A DNA stretch of 64,000 bases, taken from contig DOAO01000014.1 of NCBI GenBank assembly GCA_003504275.1, positions 8,889 through 72,888 of the forward strand. Reading direction: 5' to 3'. Source of the stretch: Patescibacteria group bacterium. GTDB taxonomy: Bacteria > Patescibacteriota > Minisyncoccia > Phycocordibacterales > UBA12445. The translations under genes and the position numbers were made by a program. Below, in pieces: positions 1 to 9,121 of this stretch; within the stretch, counting starts at the first letter, position 1, and each line of letters opens with the position of its first letter. The notes below the pieces were generated by a model. It was given only the letters and a program-made list of their open reading frames with translations. It was not told where the DNA came from and searched no databases.

Positions 1-249
1 AAAGAAAAAGGTTCTGAAATAGAAGTCAATGAGGCAAAAAGTTGTTCCGAGAGGTTGATCTGATTTAAAAACGAATCTTTCTTATTTTCTTCATTAGTTA
101 TTCTTGGCAATCTCACAGACAAAAGAACTAAATTTAAAGAATCAAAGTTTTTCTTTTTTCTAAAAATAAAAAAATAAACAGCTATCAAAACCACAACTAT
201 AGCTATAGGCAAAAATATATTCATAAAACTTATATTAAAAACGAACTAT

Positions 250-645
250 TTATTTAACTATTCCTTCAGCTTTCAATTTTTCATATAGCTTATCTGTTAA
301 GGCATCATGGAACATATCTATAACGTATGGTTCATTCAACATCGCATCTTTCATTGCTGATTCCATGCTGGTGGAAAAAACTTTTTCCAAAAGACTGTTG
401 ACAACATTCGTAGTATTTTCATCTGCGCTATCCAAATAGCTCCCCACGGTATCATTTGTTTTTGTACCAGAAGTACTTGGAACATAGGAAGGGGAGGTCT
501 CGCTCATTTTCTCGCCCACAGCTTGTCTGATTATTTCTTTTTCTTCAACAAATCCCTTTTCAGACTCTAAAATATGCCTTTTGTTTTCTATTTGTTTTGT
601 TAATTCGGCTATTTCTGCTTCTATTTTATTTTGATATCCTTCCAT
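250..645 (-). CDS. hypothetical coiled-coil protein
   Basis: 131-aa ORF, heptad-like charged composition; no recognisable catalytic motif. Confidence 0.4.
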   Translation of the reverse strand: MEGYQNKIEAEIAELTKQIENKRHILESEKGFVEEKEIIRQAVGEKMSETSPSYVPSTSGTKTNDTVGSYLDSADENTTNVVNSLLEKVFSTSMESAMKDAMLNEPYVIDMFHDALTDKLYEKLKAEGIVK

Positions 646-649
646 TTTT

Positions 650-1096
650 TTATTTTTCTAATTCGCTGATATCTATCTCTACTTTTTCTAATTCATTCTT
701 TAAAAAATTTATTTCTCCCTCCATAACCTTATTTAAGGAGGAATTATTTTCTTTTTTCAATATACGATTAACCCAATTAACAATTGAGGACTCTCCCTTG
801 GAAGACAATTCATATTCTCTTTCTGCCGTATTTATTCGATTAATAAGTTCCTCTCTTGTTTCTTTAAGTTCACTAAGCTCTTTTTTCTTACTCTCATTAA
901 ATTCGTCTTTTATTTCCGAACGGAGGTTCTCTATTTTAGATGGTGTAACTTCTTCTTTTGGTTTGACGTCTGAAACCGACTCAACCTTCAAGAGGGGAGA
1001 AGATTCTTTCTTACGTTTTTCTTTTTTCTTTGGAGACTCCAATATCTCTAATTTCTCTTTTTTCATCCTGTAGTAGAATTTTAGTTTATTAAACAT
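650..1096 (-). CDS. hypothetical Lys/Glu-rich coiled-coil protein
   Basis: 148-aa ORF immediately upstream of and co-oriented with 250..645; highly charged. Confidence 0.4.
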   Translation of the reverse strand: MFNKLKFYYRMKKEKLEILESPKKKEKRKKESSPLLKVESVSDVKPKEEVTPSKIENLRSEIKDEFNESKKKELSELKETREELINRINTAEREYELSSKGESSIVNWVNRILKKENNSSLNKVMEGEINFLKNELEKVEIDISELEK

Positions 1097-1237
1097 CCCT
1101 TCATCTGGATAAAGTTAGTTTACTACTTCTTAATAATAGCATTTTAAAATTTAACTTTCCAAAAAATATCACCTCAGTTTCATAAGTCGTAAGTTTTTGA
1201 TATTATTCAAATATAAATTATCAATTAAGATAAGAAA

Positions 1238-1504
1238 ATGGACGAAAATATCGAAAAAACAGAAGAACAGAAGGTTTTGGAAGAAAAACAGCTCAGAAAA
1301 AGCACTGATTTAGAGTATTTGGCTGTTGTATTAGGAAGAGTAAGGATTGCCAAAGAAAAACTAGAAACTCTAAATACATATATAGAGAAGTATGAAGATA
1401 CTTTTATGGAGTGGCAAAATGATTATGACAAGAAAGACCTGGAAGATTGCACAAAAAAGCTGGAGGAAATAATCGAGAGAATATCATCGTCAAATAAATT
1501 ATAG
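1238..1504 (+). CDS. hypothetical protein
   Basis: 88-aa ORF followed by an intrinsic terminator. Confidence 0.4.
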   Translation: MDENIEKTEEQKVLEEKQLRKSTDLEYLAVVLGRVRIAKEKLETLNTYIEKYEDTFMEWQNDYDKKDLEDCTKKLEEIIERISSSNKL

Positions 1505-1513
1505 GATTTAAAA

Positions 1514-1541
1514 AACTGGTTTCCGTGGGAACCAGTTTTTT
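1514..1541 (+). terminator. rho-independent terminator
   Basis: hairpin aactggtttccgtgggaaccagtt followed by a T-run. Confidence 0.6.
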
Positions 1542-1551
1542 AAATTAATAT

Positions 1552-1587
1552 CTGGATTGCCACGGGCTTTCGCCCTCGCAATGACAG
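1552..1587. repeat. half copy of palindromic repeat family (ctggattgccacgggctttcgccctcgcaatgac)
   Basis: same module recurs at 3640-3681 (inverted), 40836-40923 and 51190-51327. Confidence 0.6.
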
Positions 1588-1637
1588 CAAGAAAGAAAAT
1601 GTTTTTAAAGTCTCGTTCACTGTGATATATTGTTTTC

Positions 1638-3620
1638 GTGGAAAATAAATTAAACGAGCTTAATGAAAGACAAAAAGAGGCGGCCCAGCATAAAGATGGG
1701 CCTCTTTTAATTATTGCAGGAGCGGGAGCGGGAAAAACAAAAACAATCGCACACAGAATCGCAAACCTCATCAAAGAAGGTGTGGAACCGAGACATATTC
1801 TCGCAGTAACATTCACAAACAAAGCAGCGAAAGAAATGGCGGACAGGGTTCGCATACTTCTACCGATAGATGGGGTAGGAGGAACACCTGTACTTTGCAC
1901 ATTCCACTCTCTCGGAGTGAGAATTCTTAAGGAAAATGCCGAAGCAATTGGCAGAAGTAAATTTTTTTCAATCTTAGACAGCGACGAATCTTTCGCCTTT
2001 TTCAAACGAGCGACAAGAGAGGTGGGAATGGACCCAAAAGAGATAAATATGAAGGGAATCTCAAACATTGTCTCTGCGAACAAAAATAAAATGATAGATA
2101 TGTCCGACTATCAGCGTGAATCCGCGCCCGGATATTTCAAGGACACCGTTTTGAAAATATGGAAAAAATACGAAGAGCTTTTAAAAGAAAATGAAGCGTA
2201 CGATTTTGACGATCTCATTTTAAAAACTGTTCATTTGCTTCAAAATAAAAAAGAGATACTAAATTATTATCAGACGCTCTGGAAATATATACATATAGAT
2301 GAGTATCAAGACACAAATACCTCACAGTACGAGCTTTCACGGTTACTCGCCGAGAAACATGGGAACATTTGCGTAGTCGGAGATAGCGACCAGTCAATAT
2401 ATGGCTGGAGATGCGCCGATTTCAGAAATATCCTTAATTTTGAACAGAATTTCCCCGGCGCCAAGACTGTGCTCCTCGAGCAAAACTACCGCTCGACAGG
2501 TAACATACTCGACTTGGCGAACAGGGTTATTCGCAAAAACAAGTTACGCAAAGAAAAAAACTTATTTACAGAAAATAAAGAGGGAGAAAAAATAACTCTC
2601 TTTGAAGCACTAGATGAAAACGATGAAGCAAACTTCGTCGTGCAAAAATGCCGTGACCTAACAACCAAGAAAGGGGTGCGACCATCGGAGATTGCTGTCT
2701 TGTATCGTGCAAACTTTCAATCACGAGCACTCGAAGAGCATTTCATTCGAGCAGGTCTACCTTACCAAGTCCTCGGCACGAGATTTTATGAGAGAAAAGA
2801 AATAAAAGATATTATTGCTTTCATAAAGTTCGCACTAAATACAAAAGACAATCTTTCTCTCGCGAGAATAATAAATGTTCCGCCTCGCGGTATCGGAAAG
2901 GTGACTCTTGAAAAAATAATTGCAGGGAAGGAAGGGGAGCTTCCCGCAGGAACTAGAGAAAAAATTAAGGACTTCAGAAATAAAGTAGAAAAAATTCGAG
3001 AAGTTTTGTTAAACAGTAAACTTTCCGAATCAATCAAACATATTGTGAAAGTGACAGGACTAGATATGTCTCTCAAGGAAGAGGGGAAAGAGGAGGGAAT
3101 GGAAAGACTTGAGAACATTAGAGAACTCGCGAACATTACGACAAAATATAATTCGCTCACAAACGAAGAGGCGATACAAAAATTCCTCGAAGACACATCA
3201 CTTATGTCAGATCAAGATGCAATAATGGACAGACAGGCGAGAGATGGAGTAAGGCTTATGACCGTCCACTCCGCAAAAGGGCTTGAATTTAAATACGTTT
3301 TTGTGACAGGGTTAGAACAAGATCTCTTCCCACACAGAGGATGGGGAGATGCCGAGGATACAGATACGGAAGAGGAGAGAAGACTATTTTATGTTGCAAT
3401 CACAAGAGCAAAAGAGAAGCTTTTCATCTCCTACGCAGCTTCCCGAATGATTTTCGGCTCAAGGCAAATGAAAATGCCTTCAGAATTCCTGGAAGATATC
3501 GACGATACAATCGCAGATGTAGAAAAAAACGAAAATAATCTCTATGAAGGGCACAGCCGTGGGGGAGGTAGCAGTTGGCAGAAGAAAGAAGATGATATTA
3601 TCTGGGACTGTTTGGTGTAA
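1638..3620 (+). CDS. ATP-dependent DNA helicase, UvrD/PcrA/Rep family
   Basis: Walker A GAGAGKT near N-terminus, DEYQDT motif II, C-terminal VTRAKEKL; 660 aa; GTG start. Confidence 0.85.
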   Translation: MENKLNELNERQKEAAQHKDGPLLIIAGAGAGKTKTIAHRIANLIKEGVEPRHILAVTFTNKAAKEMADRVRILLPIDGVGGTPVLCTFHSLGVRILKENAEAIGRSKFFSILDSDESFAFFKRATREVGMDPKEINMKGISNIVSANKNKMIDMSDYQRESAPGYFKDTVLKIWKKYEELLKENEAYDFDDLILKTVHLLQNKKEILNYYQTLWKYIHIDEYQDTNTSQYELSRLLAEKHGNICVVGDSDQSIYGWRCADFRNILNFEQNFPGAKTVLLEQNYRSTGNILDLANRVIRKNKLRKEKNLFTENKEGEKITLFEALDENDEANFVVQKCRDLTTKKGVRPSEIAVLYRANFQSRALEEHFIRAGLPYQVLGTRFYERKEIKDIIAFIKFALNTKDNLSLARIINVPPRGIGKVTLEKIIAGKEGELPAGTREKIKDFRNKVEKIREVLLNSKLSESIKHIVKVTGLDMSLKEEGKEEGMERLENIRELANITTKYNSLTNEEAIQKFLEDTSLMSDQDAIMDRQARDGVRLMTVHSAKGLEFKYVFVTGLEQDLFPHRGWGDAEDTDTEEERRLFYVAITRAKEKLFISYAASRMIFGSRQMKMPSEFLEDIDDTIADVEKNENNLYEGHSRGGGSSWQKKEDDIIWDCLV

Positions 3621-3639
3621 GGGTACTCTCTACTATTCT

Positions 3640-3681
3640 CCGTCTTTGCGAGGGGCAAAGCCCCGTGGCAACCTACCAATG
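3640..3681. repeat. inverted half copy of the palindromic repeat (ccgtctttgcgaggggcaaagccccgtggcaacc)
   Basis: reverse complement resembles 1552-1587; brackets the helicase gene. Confidence 0.55.
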
Positions 3682-3762
3682 TTGACGGTGAAACGAAGCA
3701 ATCCAGTAATCTAGCACCTCCTCTTCAATATCGAATAGAGCAGACAAGCTCCGCAAAAACAA

Positions 3763-3797
3763 CACGAAAGCCATCTTATTGAGGGCTTTCGTGTTTT
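3763..3797 (+). terminator. rho-independent terminator
   Basis: 10-bp stem cacgaaagcc/ggctttcgtg followed by TTTT. Confidence 0.6.
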
Positions 3798-3894
3798 AAA
3801 TAATTTTATACAACACAATATTCAACATAGAAGCTTGCATTTATTTAAACTGTGAATTATAATACAAAATTATAAATAGAATTCCAGAAATCAA

Positions 3895-4851
3895 ATGAAA
3901 ATTATATCCTTATTTGCAGGTGCTGGTGGCATGGATCTTGGTTTTTTGAAAGCAGGTCATAAGATTATTTGGGTAAACGACAATGACCCGGATTCCTGTT
4001 TAACTTACGAAAAAAATTTTAATCATAAACCAGTATGCAGAGATATCGAAGACGTCTTGTCTTCTGAAATACCGAATGGAGATGTTGTAATAGGGGGCTT
4101 TCCTTGCCAGGGATTCTCGATAGCCAATCCGTACAGAAACACCGAAGATGGTAGAAACAAATTATATCTTGAGCTTTTGAGAGTAATAAGAGATAAAAAA
4201 CCAAAATATTTTATTGCTGAAAATGTTGCCGGAATTTGCTCTATAGGCGGTTATGAAAATAATGAGGATAAGAAAAATCACACGGGCAGAGTTTTTAAAA
4301 CCATTCTACAAGAGCTAAAAAATGCCATACCTAATGGTTATAACGTGGAATTTAAAATATTGAATACCGCAGACTTTGGCGTCCCCCAACAAAGACGTCG
4401 AGTTATTATTTTAGGTACAAGAATGGATATTAAGAAAAAACTTTCTCATCCAGAACCAACACATTCAAAAACCGGAGACAAAAATTTACCTAAATGGAAA
4501 ACAGTAAAAGATGCAATTTTTGATCTTCCAATAACCCCTAATGACAAAATTCCAAATCACATAGGAACAAAACACAAAGTTAAGATAAATGGACATATCG
4601 GCAATAGAGCAACAAAATGGAACGAACCATCGCCCACAATTGTTGGTAGAGGAGGGGGAACAGGTGGCCCTGTTATTATTCCACACCCCAGCCTAAAGAG
4701 ACGCATGACACCGAGAGAAACCGCCAGGATACAATGTTTTCCAGACGATTTTATTTTTGAAGGTTCAATCTCCTCACAATACAGACAAATAGGCAATGCC
4801 GTTCCATATTTACTGGCGTATCACATTGCTAAAAATATACCTAAAAATTAA
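3895..4851 (+). CDS. DNA (cytosine-5)-methyltransferase (type II R-M M subunit)
   Basis: motif I FAGAGG, motif IV GFPCQGFS, motif VI ENV, motif X QIGNAVP. Confidence 0.85.
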   Translation: MKIISLFAGAGGMDLGFLKAGHKIIWVNDNDPDSCLTYEKNFNHKPVCRDIEDVLSSEIPNGDVVIGGFPCQGFSIANPYRNTEDGRNKLYLELLRVIRDKKPKYFIAENVAGICSIGGYENNEDKKNHTGRVFKTILQELKNAIPNGYNVEFKILNTADFGVPQQRRRVIILGTRMDIKKKLSHPEPTHSKTGDKNLPKWKTVKDAIFDLPITPNDKIPNHIGTKHKVKINGHIGNRATKWNEPSPTIVGRGGGTGGPVIIPHPSLKRRMTPRETARIQCFPDDFIFEGSISSQYRQIGNAVPYLLAYHIAKNIPKN

Positions 4852-5453
4852 ATAAATTTTTTCTTTAAGAAATCGTATATATTTCTTTGGGTTTGCTCAT
4901 CAGTATCTTTAACTCGGTCAAACAGGGTTATCGATATTAAATCGTTATTTTTTGCACCTTCATTACAAACGTTACACATGGTTATAAAATCATCCTTGGT
5001 GAGAATCTTGTCTGTAGCTTCTCCTTCTTTTCTCTTGTGCGCTATTTTATGCCCTACATGCAATTTTATTTTATGGCCTGATTTAAAAGGGTCATCATCC
5101 TCAATAGTCCTTCCACATGTTTGGCATGTGAAATTATCCCTAGAGAATACTTCAAACATTATCTTCTTATTAACCCCTCTGGACCTAATTTTCTTGGGGT
5201 CAGGATCTTTATCTAAAAGAACCCATTCGTCCACTTTTAAATTTAATCCTGTCTTATCGTTATCTTTATGATTTACGATATTATAACCAAGCTCATCTCT
5301 CAACTCGAAAATTCTTCTAATATTGTGAGAAATTGGTTTACCGCTTGTTCCGGTCAGCTGTGCTAATTCTTCAGATCTTACAATTTTTCCCAGCTTAGAC
5401 CGAAAAAGATCTAATGCCTTATCAATATAAGATTTTTGTTTTTTATCTTTCAT
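4848..5453 (-). CDS. HNH-motif endonuclease, candidate restriction enzyme
   Basis: CQTCG...HVGHKIAH...CNVCN HNH/zinc-finger signature; N-terminal wHTH-like region; convergent with the MTase with a 4-bp 3' overlap; coupled to upstream C-protein gene. Confidence 0.5.
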   Translation of the reverse strand: MKDKKQKSYIDKALDLFRSKLGKIVRSEELAQLTGTSGKPISHNIRRIFELRDELGYNIVNHKDNDKTGLNLKVDEWVLLDKDPDPKKIRSRGVNKKIMFEVFSRDNFTCQTCGRTIEDDDPFKSGHKIKLHVGHKIAHKRKEGEATDKILTKDDFITMCNVCNEGAKNNDLISITLFDRVKDTDEQTQRNIYDFLKKKFI

Positions 5454-5454
5454 G

Positions 5455-5676
5455 TTACTTTAAAAAATATCCCAAATCTTTATTATAAATTTTTGCAAAT
5501 TCTTTCAGCGAGACAATATCAATGCGACACTGACCGGCTTCGATCTTAGAAAGATAAGATTGAGTTTTTCCTAAAATCTTCACTACTTCAACTTGGCTTA
5601 AGCCTTTATCAATACGAGCCTTTTTAAGTTGCTCTATCATACTCTTATGCTCTTTAGAAAATATTATTTTTCTCAT
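5455..5676 (-). CDS. HTH XRE-family controller (C) protein
   Basis: 73 aa, helix-turn-helix LSQVEVVKILGKTQSYLSKIE; stop 1 bp before the endonuclease start. Confidence 0.6.
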   Translation of the reverse strand: MRKIIFSKEHKSMIEQLKKARIDKGLSQVEVVKILGKTQSYLSKIEAGQCRIDIVSLKEFAKIYNKDLGYFLK

Positions 5677-5940
5677 ATGTTTATATAATAATATTCCATT
5701 GTGTTATATTCCAAATTGTCATATTTAACTACATTTTTTATTTACCCAAAATTAACTACGCTCCTAGAACAGGTAAAAAACGGGAAAGTAATCTCTTTCG
5801 ATAACGATAAAGGTGCCCTAAACCATCTCCACAAAATATCTAAGAAATAATTAACGAGTTTTTAATTTGAATTTTAAGCGATTCCTCGGTAAACTCGGAA
5901 TGACGAGAGATGAATTGGTAAAAAAGATAAAATAAAAAAC

Positions 5941-6741
5941 ATGAACAACCCACACCCTAAAAAATCACTGGGGCAGAACTTTTTAACGTCGCTATCCGCT
6001 CTAAGTAAAATAATAGAGACAGCGGGGCTTTCATCTGACGATATTGTACTAGAGATAGGACCGGGGAAGGGGGCACTCACAGCAGAGATACTTAAAAGCG
6101 GGGCGAAGGTCCTCGCGATAGAAAAAGACAACGAGCTTGTATCTTTTCTTTGCGAAAAATTTCAAAAAGAAGTGGAATTGGGACAACTCATAATCAGAAA
6201 TGAGGATATTTTGGATCTTATTCCTGAGGGTGAGCCGATAATAAAAAATAAATATAAAATAATAGCCAATATTCCGTATTACATCACGGGACAAATAATA
6301 AAAAAGTTTTTAACTGCAACCCATAAGCCGACAAAGATGGTTCTTCTCGTCCAGAAAGAGGTCGCAGAGAGAATTGTGGCTAAGGATGACAAAGAAAGCA
6401 TCCTCTCACTCAGTGTAAAAGCTTATGGCGAACCGAAATATATCCTTAAGGTAAGCCGCGGTTCTTTCTTTCCCGCACCAAATGTTGATTCGGCGATAAT
6501 ACTTATAGACAACATAAAAGAAAACTTTAAAAAGGGGGAAGAAAAAATGTTTTTTGATATCTTGCACGCCGGTTTCGGTCAAAAAAGAAAATTCTTACTT
6601 GGCAATTTGGTAAAAGTGTTTGGGAACAAAGAGAAGTTGACCGAAATATTTAATAAATACAAAATAGATTTAAAGGTGAGGGCGGAAGATTTGAAATTGG
6701 AAGATTGGAGAAAAATAACAGAGGCTATCGGAAATTTATAA
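5941..6741 (+). CDS. rsmA: 16S rRNA (adenine1518/1519-N6)-dimethyltransferase RsmA/KsgA
   Basis: LGQNFL signature, SAM-binding EIGPGKGALT, NIPY motif. Confidence 0.9.
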   Translation: MNNPHPKKSLGQNFLTSLSALSKIIETAGLSSDDIVLEIGPGKGALTAEILKSGAKVLAIEKDNELVSFLCEKFQKEVELGQLIIRNEDILDLIPEGEPIIKNKYKIIANIPYYITGQIIKKFLTATHKPTKMVLLVQKEVAERIVAKDDKESILSLSVKAYGEPKYILKVSRGSFFPAPNVDSAIILIDNIKENFKKGEEKMFFDILHAGFGQKRKFLLGNLVKVFGNKEKLTEIFNKYKIDLKVRAEDLKLEDWRKITEAIGNL

Positions 6742-8273
6742 AACATCAAAAAAAAATGAAAGAGGGAAACAATTTTGAGCAACCAAAAAATAAAGAGGAA
6801 GAAAATAAATTTAAAATTATTGCCTCTAAAAATTTTGAAGAATTATACCAAACGCTAGATAAGGTTGGGGGGTTAAATGGTTCAAAAAAATCTTACGAAG
6901 CTTCCGAGCTAAAAGAGATAATAGATAAAGTCAGGGGAGGTAAGCTTGATATTAGTTATATCACCCGCACAGATGGACTAAGAGACAAGGTTGAAAGTTT
7001 GATAAAAACGAAAGAGAGCGCACCGGAGAATAAGGAGGAAATAAAAAAAGACCCCAATAATTTTAAAATTGAAACGTTAGAAGAAACTGAATCTAAAGAA
7101 ATTCTTGTAAGAACAGAAATACATGGGGATGATTTTAATGGTCAACTTTTAACAAAAGAAATTTTAGAGAAGGAGGACTTAATTCCAAAATACAAAATCG
7201 GAATGGATAATTCCGTAAACTGTTATTTATCTAAAGGATACGATATAGGGCAGGGAAGAATCGCCGTGATTGCTTATGTGGAAAAAGACGGAAAAATAAA
7301 GGCTTGTTCGTATTATCGAAGTAATTCACAGGGTGTTTGGCGTTATTTACCCGACTACACAGTAAACGAAAATGGAAAAATGAAATGGTATGGAAAGGGA
7401 TATGGAGAAGAGAGTTTAACATTACCGATAGTGACACAAAAAGCACTTTCAAAAATTATTAGCAATCTCCCCATAATAAAAACAGAAGAAAGTCCTGAAC
7501 TTATTTTTGCGGGTACAACTAAAAAATTTGGCAAATTTGATGCTGATTATTATGAAGAAACAAAAGAAGAGTCCAAAAAACTGAGTAATTTAAACTATAA
7601 AGAAGAAAGAAAAACTCCACCTGAACAAATTCAGCTCAAAAAAGAAGAAACTCCGGATTTTTCAACGGTTTTAGCGAATTGGGAGGAGGTAACGAGTCTA
7701 TATGGAAAAATTTCTATTGAAGTTTTTCCTTCAAAAGATGGCATATTAAAATTTATGTTTTGCAAAGATTCTGTGGGCAGGGTTTGGATTGGGGGAATTG
7801 AAGATAACAGCGAAATACAGTCAACGGGCTTAAGAAAGACATGGATAGACGGTGGCGACCTGTCTACTCCAGCTTATGAATATCCAATTCAAATAGAAGA
7901 GTATGGTAATCCTGAAGTAATAAAAGTGGTTGGAAGGACTATGTATATTGACGCTTATGAAAATTATCTCAAAAAAATACCAATTATTAAGGAGTATTTG
8001 AAAACAAGAGTAAAAAAGGATGAAGAATCAGCGAATAAAACCGTGGAAAGTAAATTAACGATTGGCAATTCCAAAAACTTTATCGAGCTATATCAGGCAC
8101 TGGAACAAATAGGTGGGGTACAAGGCTCAAAACAATTCTATAGTGCTTCCCAGCTAAAAGACATAATTGAGAGGGTTAGAAAAGGTGAGCTTAATATCAA
8201 TTATGTTACGAATACTCACAGCTTAAGGGATAAGGTAATTGACCTTATTGGAATAGAAGAGTTAAAAAGATAA
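6705..8273 (+). CDS. hypothetical protein with duplicated ~60-aa terminal modules
   Basis: N-terminal SKNFEELYQTLDKVGGLNGSK...LRDKVESLI is paralogous to C-terminal SKNFIELYQALEQIGGVQGSK...LRDKVIDLI; start may be the internal Met at 6756. Confidence 0.5.
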   Translation: MEKNNRGYRKFIKHQKKMKEGNNFEQPKNKEEENKFKIIASKNFEELYQTLDKVGGLNGSKKSYEASELKEIIDKVRGGKLDISYITRTDGLRDKVESLIKTKESAPENKEEIKKDPNNFKIETLEETESKEILVRTEIHGDDFNGQLLTKEILEKEDLIPKYKIGMDNSVNCYLSKGYDIGQGRIAVIAYVEKDGKIKACSYYRSNSQGVWRYLPDYTVNENGKMKWYGKGYGEESLTLPIVTQKALSKIISNLPIIKTEESPELIFAGTTKKFGKFDADYYEETKEESKKLSNLNYKEERKTPPEQIQLKKEETPDFSTVLANWEEVTSLYGKISIEVFPSKDGILKFMFCKDSVGRVWIGGIEDNSEIQSTGLRKTWIDGGDLSTPAYEYPIQIEEYGNPEVIKVVGRTMYIDAYENYLKKIPIIKEYLKTRVKKDEESANKTVESKLTIGNSKNFIELYQALEQIGGVQGSKQFYSASQLKDIIERVRKGELNINYVTNTHSLRDKVIDLIGIEELKR

Positions 8274-8352
8274 ATCTCAAAAGATATCCACAGCTTTTCA
8301 CACTTTATCAACAAATAAAGTGGTATAATAAATTGGGGATTTTTCTAACCTA

Positions 8353-9117
8353 ATGGATTATCTACCAAGTAAAAACTTTATCAAAAAAATTCTTGCGATA
8401 TCCCTTGTAACATTAGGATGGTTTTACTTTTTCGGAGAAAAAAATACCTCAAAACAAGATTTGGTAGAGGATAGTGGGGGAATAATAGTATTTTCTAGGA
8501 CAGGAAACAACTCCTCTTCTAATATGGATAGCGTTAATAGCTGGGGAGATCTTTCAAAAGAAAAAATATTAGAAAATGACTCACTCGCTTCAGTAACGAA
8601 AGGCTTAAATGACAATAATATTTTAAGCGGACTTGAAAGAACTGCGGTTAATGAATTAAATTCTTTTAAAGGAGCGAAGAAATCAGACTACGAAAATTAT
8701 GGTAAGGGCCTGGTGGCCATACTTAAACCATATTCAACGCCTGGCCTTCCAAACGAGAGGGAAATAACGATGGAAGCATTAAGTAGCGGTAACGCAACAG
8801 ATCTTAAAAATGTTGCCATGATGAGCCAACTCCACTTTGTCATTGCAGGAGAACTCAAAAAATTAAAAGTTCCGGAAGAGATAAAATTTAAACACCTTTT
8901 TCTTTTAAATGATATAGAGACACTATCCTATGCCGATCAGCTAATGGTAAATGCTTTTGACGACACAAAAAAAGGAATAGATGCCATTAATTTATACAAA
9001 TCAACGACAAATAGATTTATAAATTCCATTATTGATATAAACAAATTTTTTACAGAACAAAACATTGATTTCAGTAAAAATGAAAAAATAAAGATATACA
9101 TAAACGGAATACAATAA
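8353..9117 (+). CDS. hypothetical membrane-anchored protein
   Basis: N-terminal hydrophobic segment AISLVTLGWFYFF. Confidence 0.4.
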   Translation: MDYLPSKNFIKKILAISLVTLGWFYFFGEKNTSKQDLVEDSGGIIVFSRTGNNSSSNMDSVNSWGDLSKEKILENDSLASVTKGLNDNNILSGLERTAVNELNSFKGAKKSDYENYGKGLVAILKPYSTPGLPNEREITMEALSSGNATDLKNVAMMSQLHFVIAGELKKLKVPEEIKFKHLFLLNDIETLSYADQLMVNAFDDTKKGIDAINLYKSTTNRFINSIIDINKFFTEQNIDFSKNEKIKIYINGIQ

Positions 9118-9121
9118 AAAA

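Noticed and set aside
597-1073. Plus-strand 158-aa ORF
   Set aside because: Low-complexity antisense shadow of the two coiled-coil genes on the minus strand.
1508-2083. Minus-strand 191-aa ORF
   Set aside because: Overlaps the helicase gene antisense. It also spans the terminator and repeat; no support.
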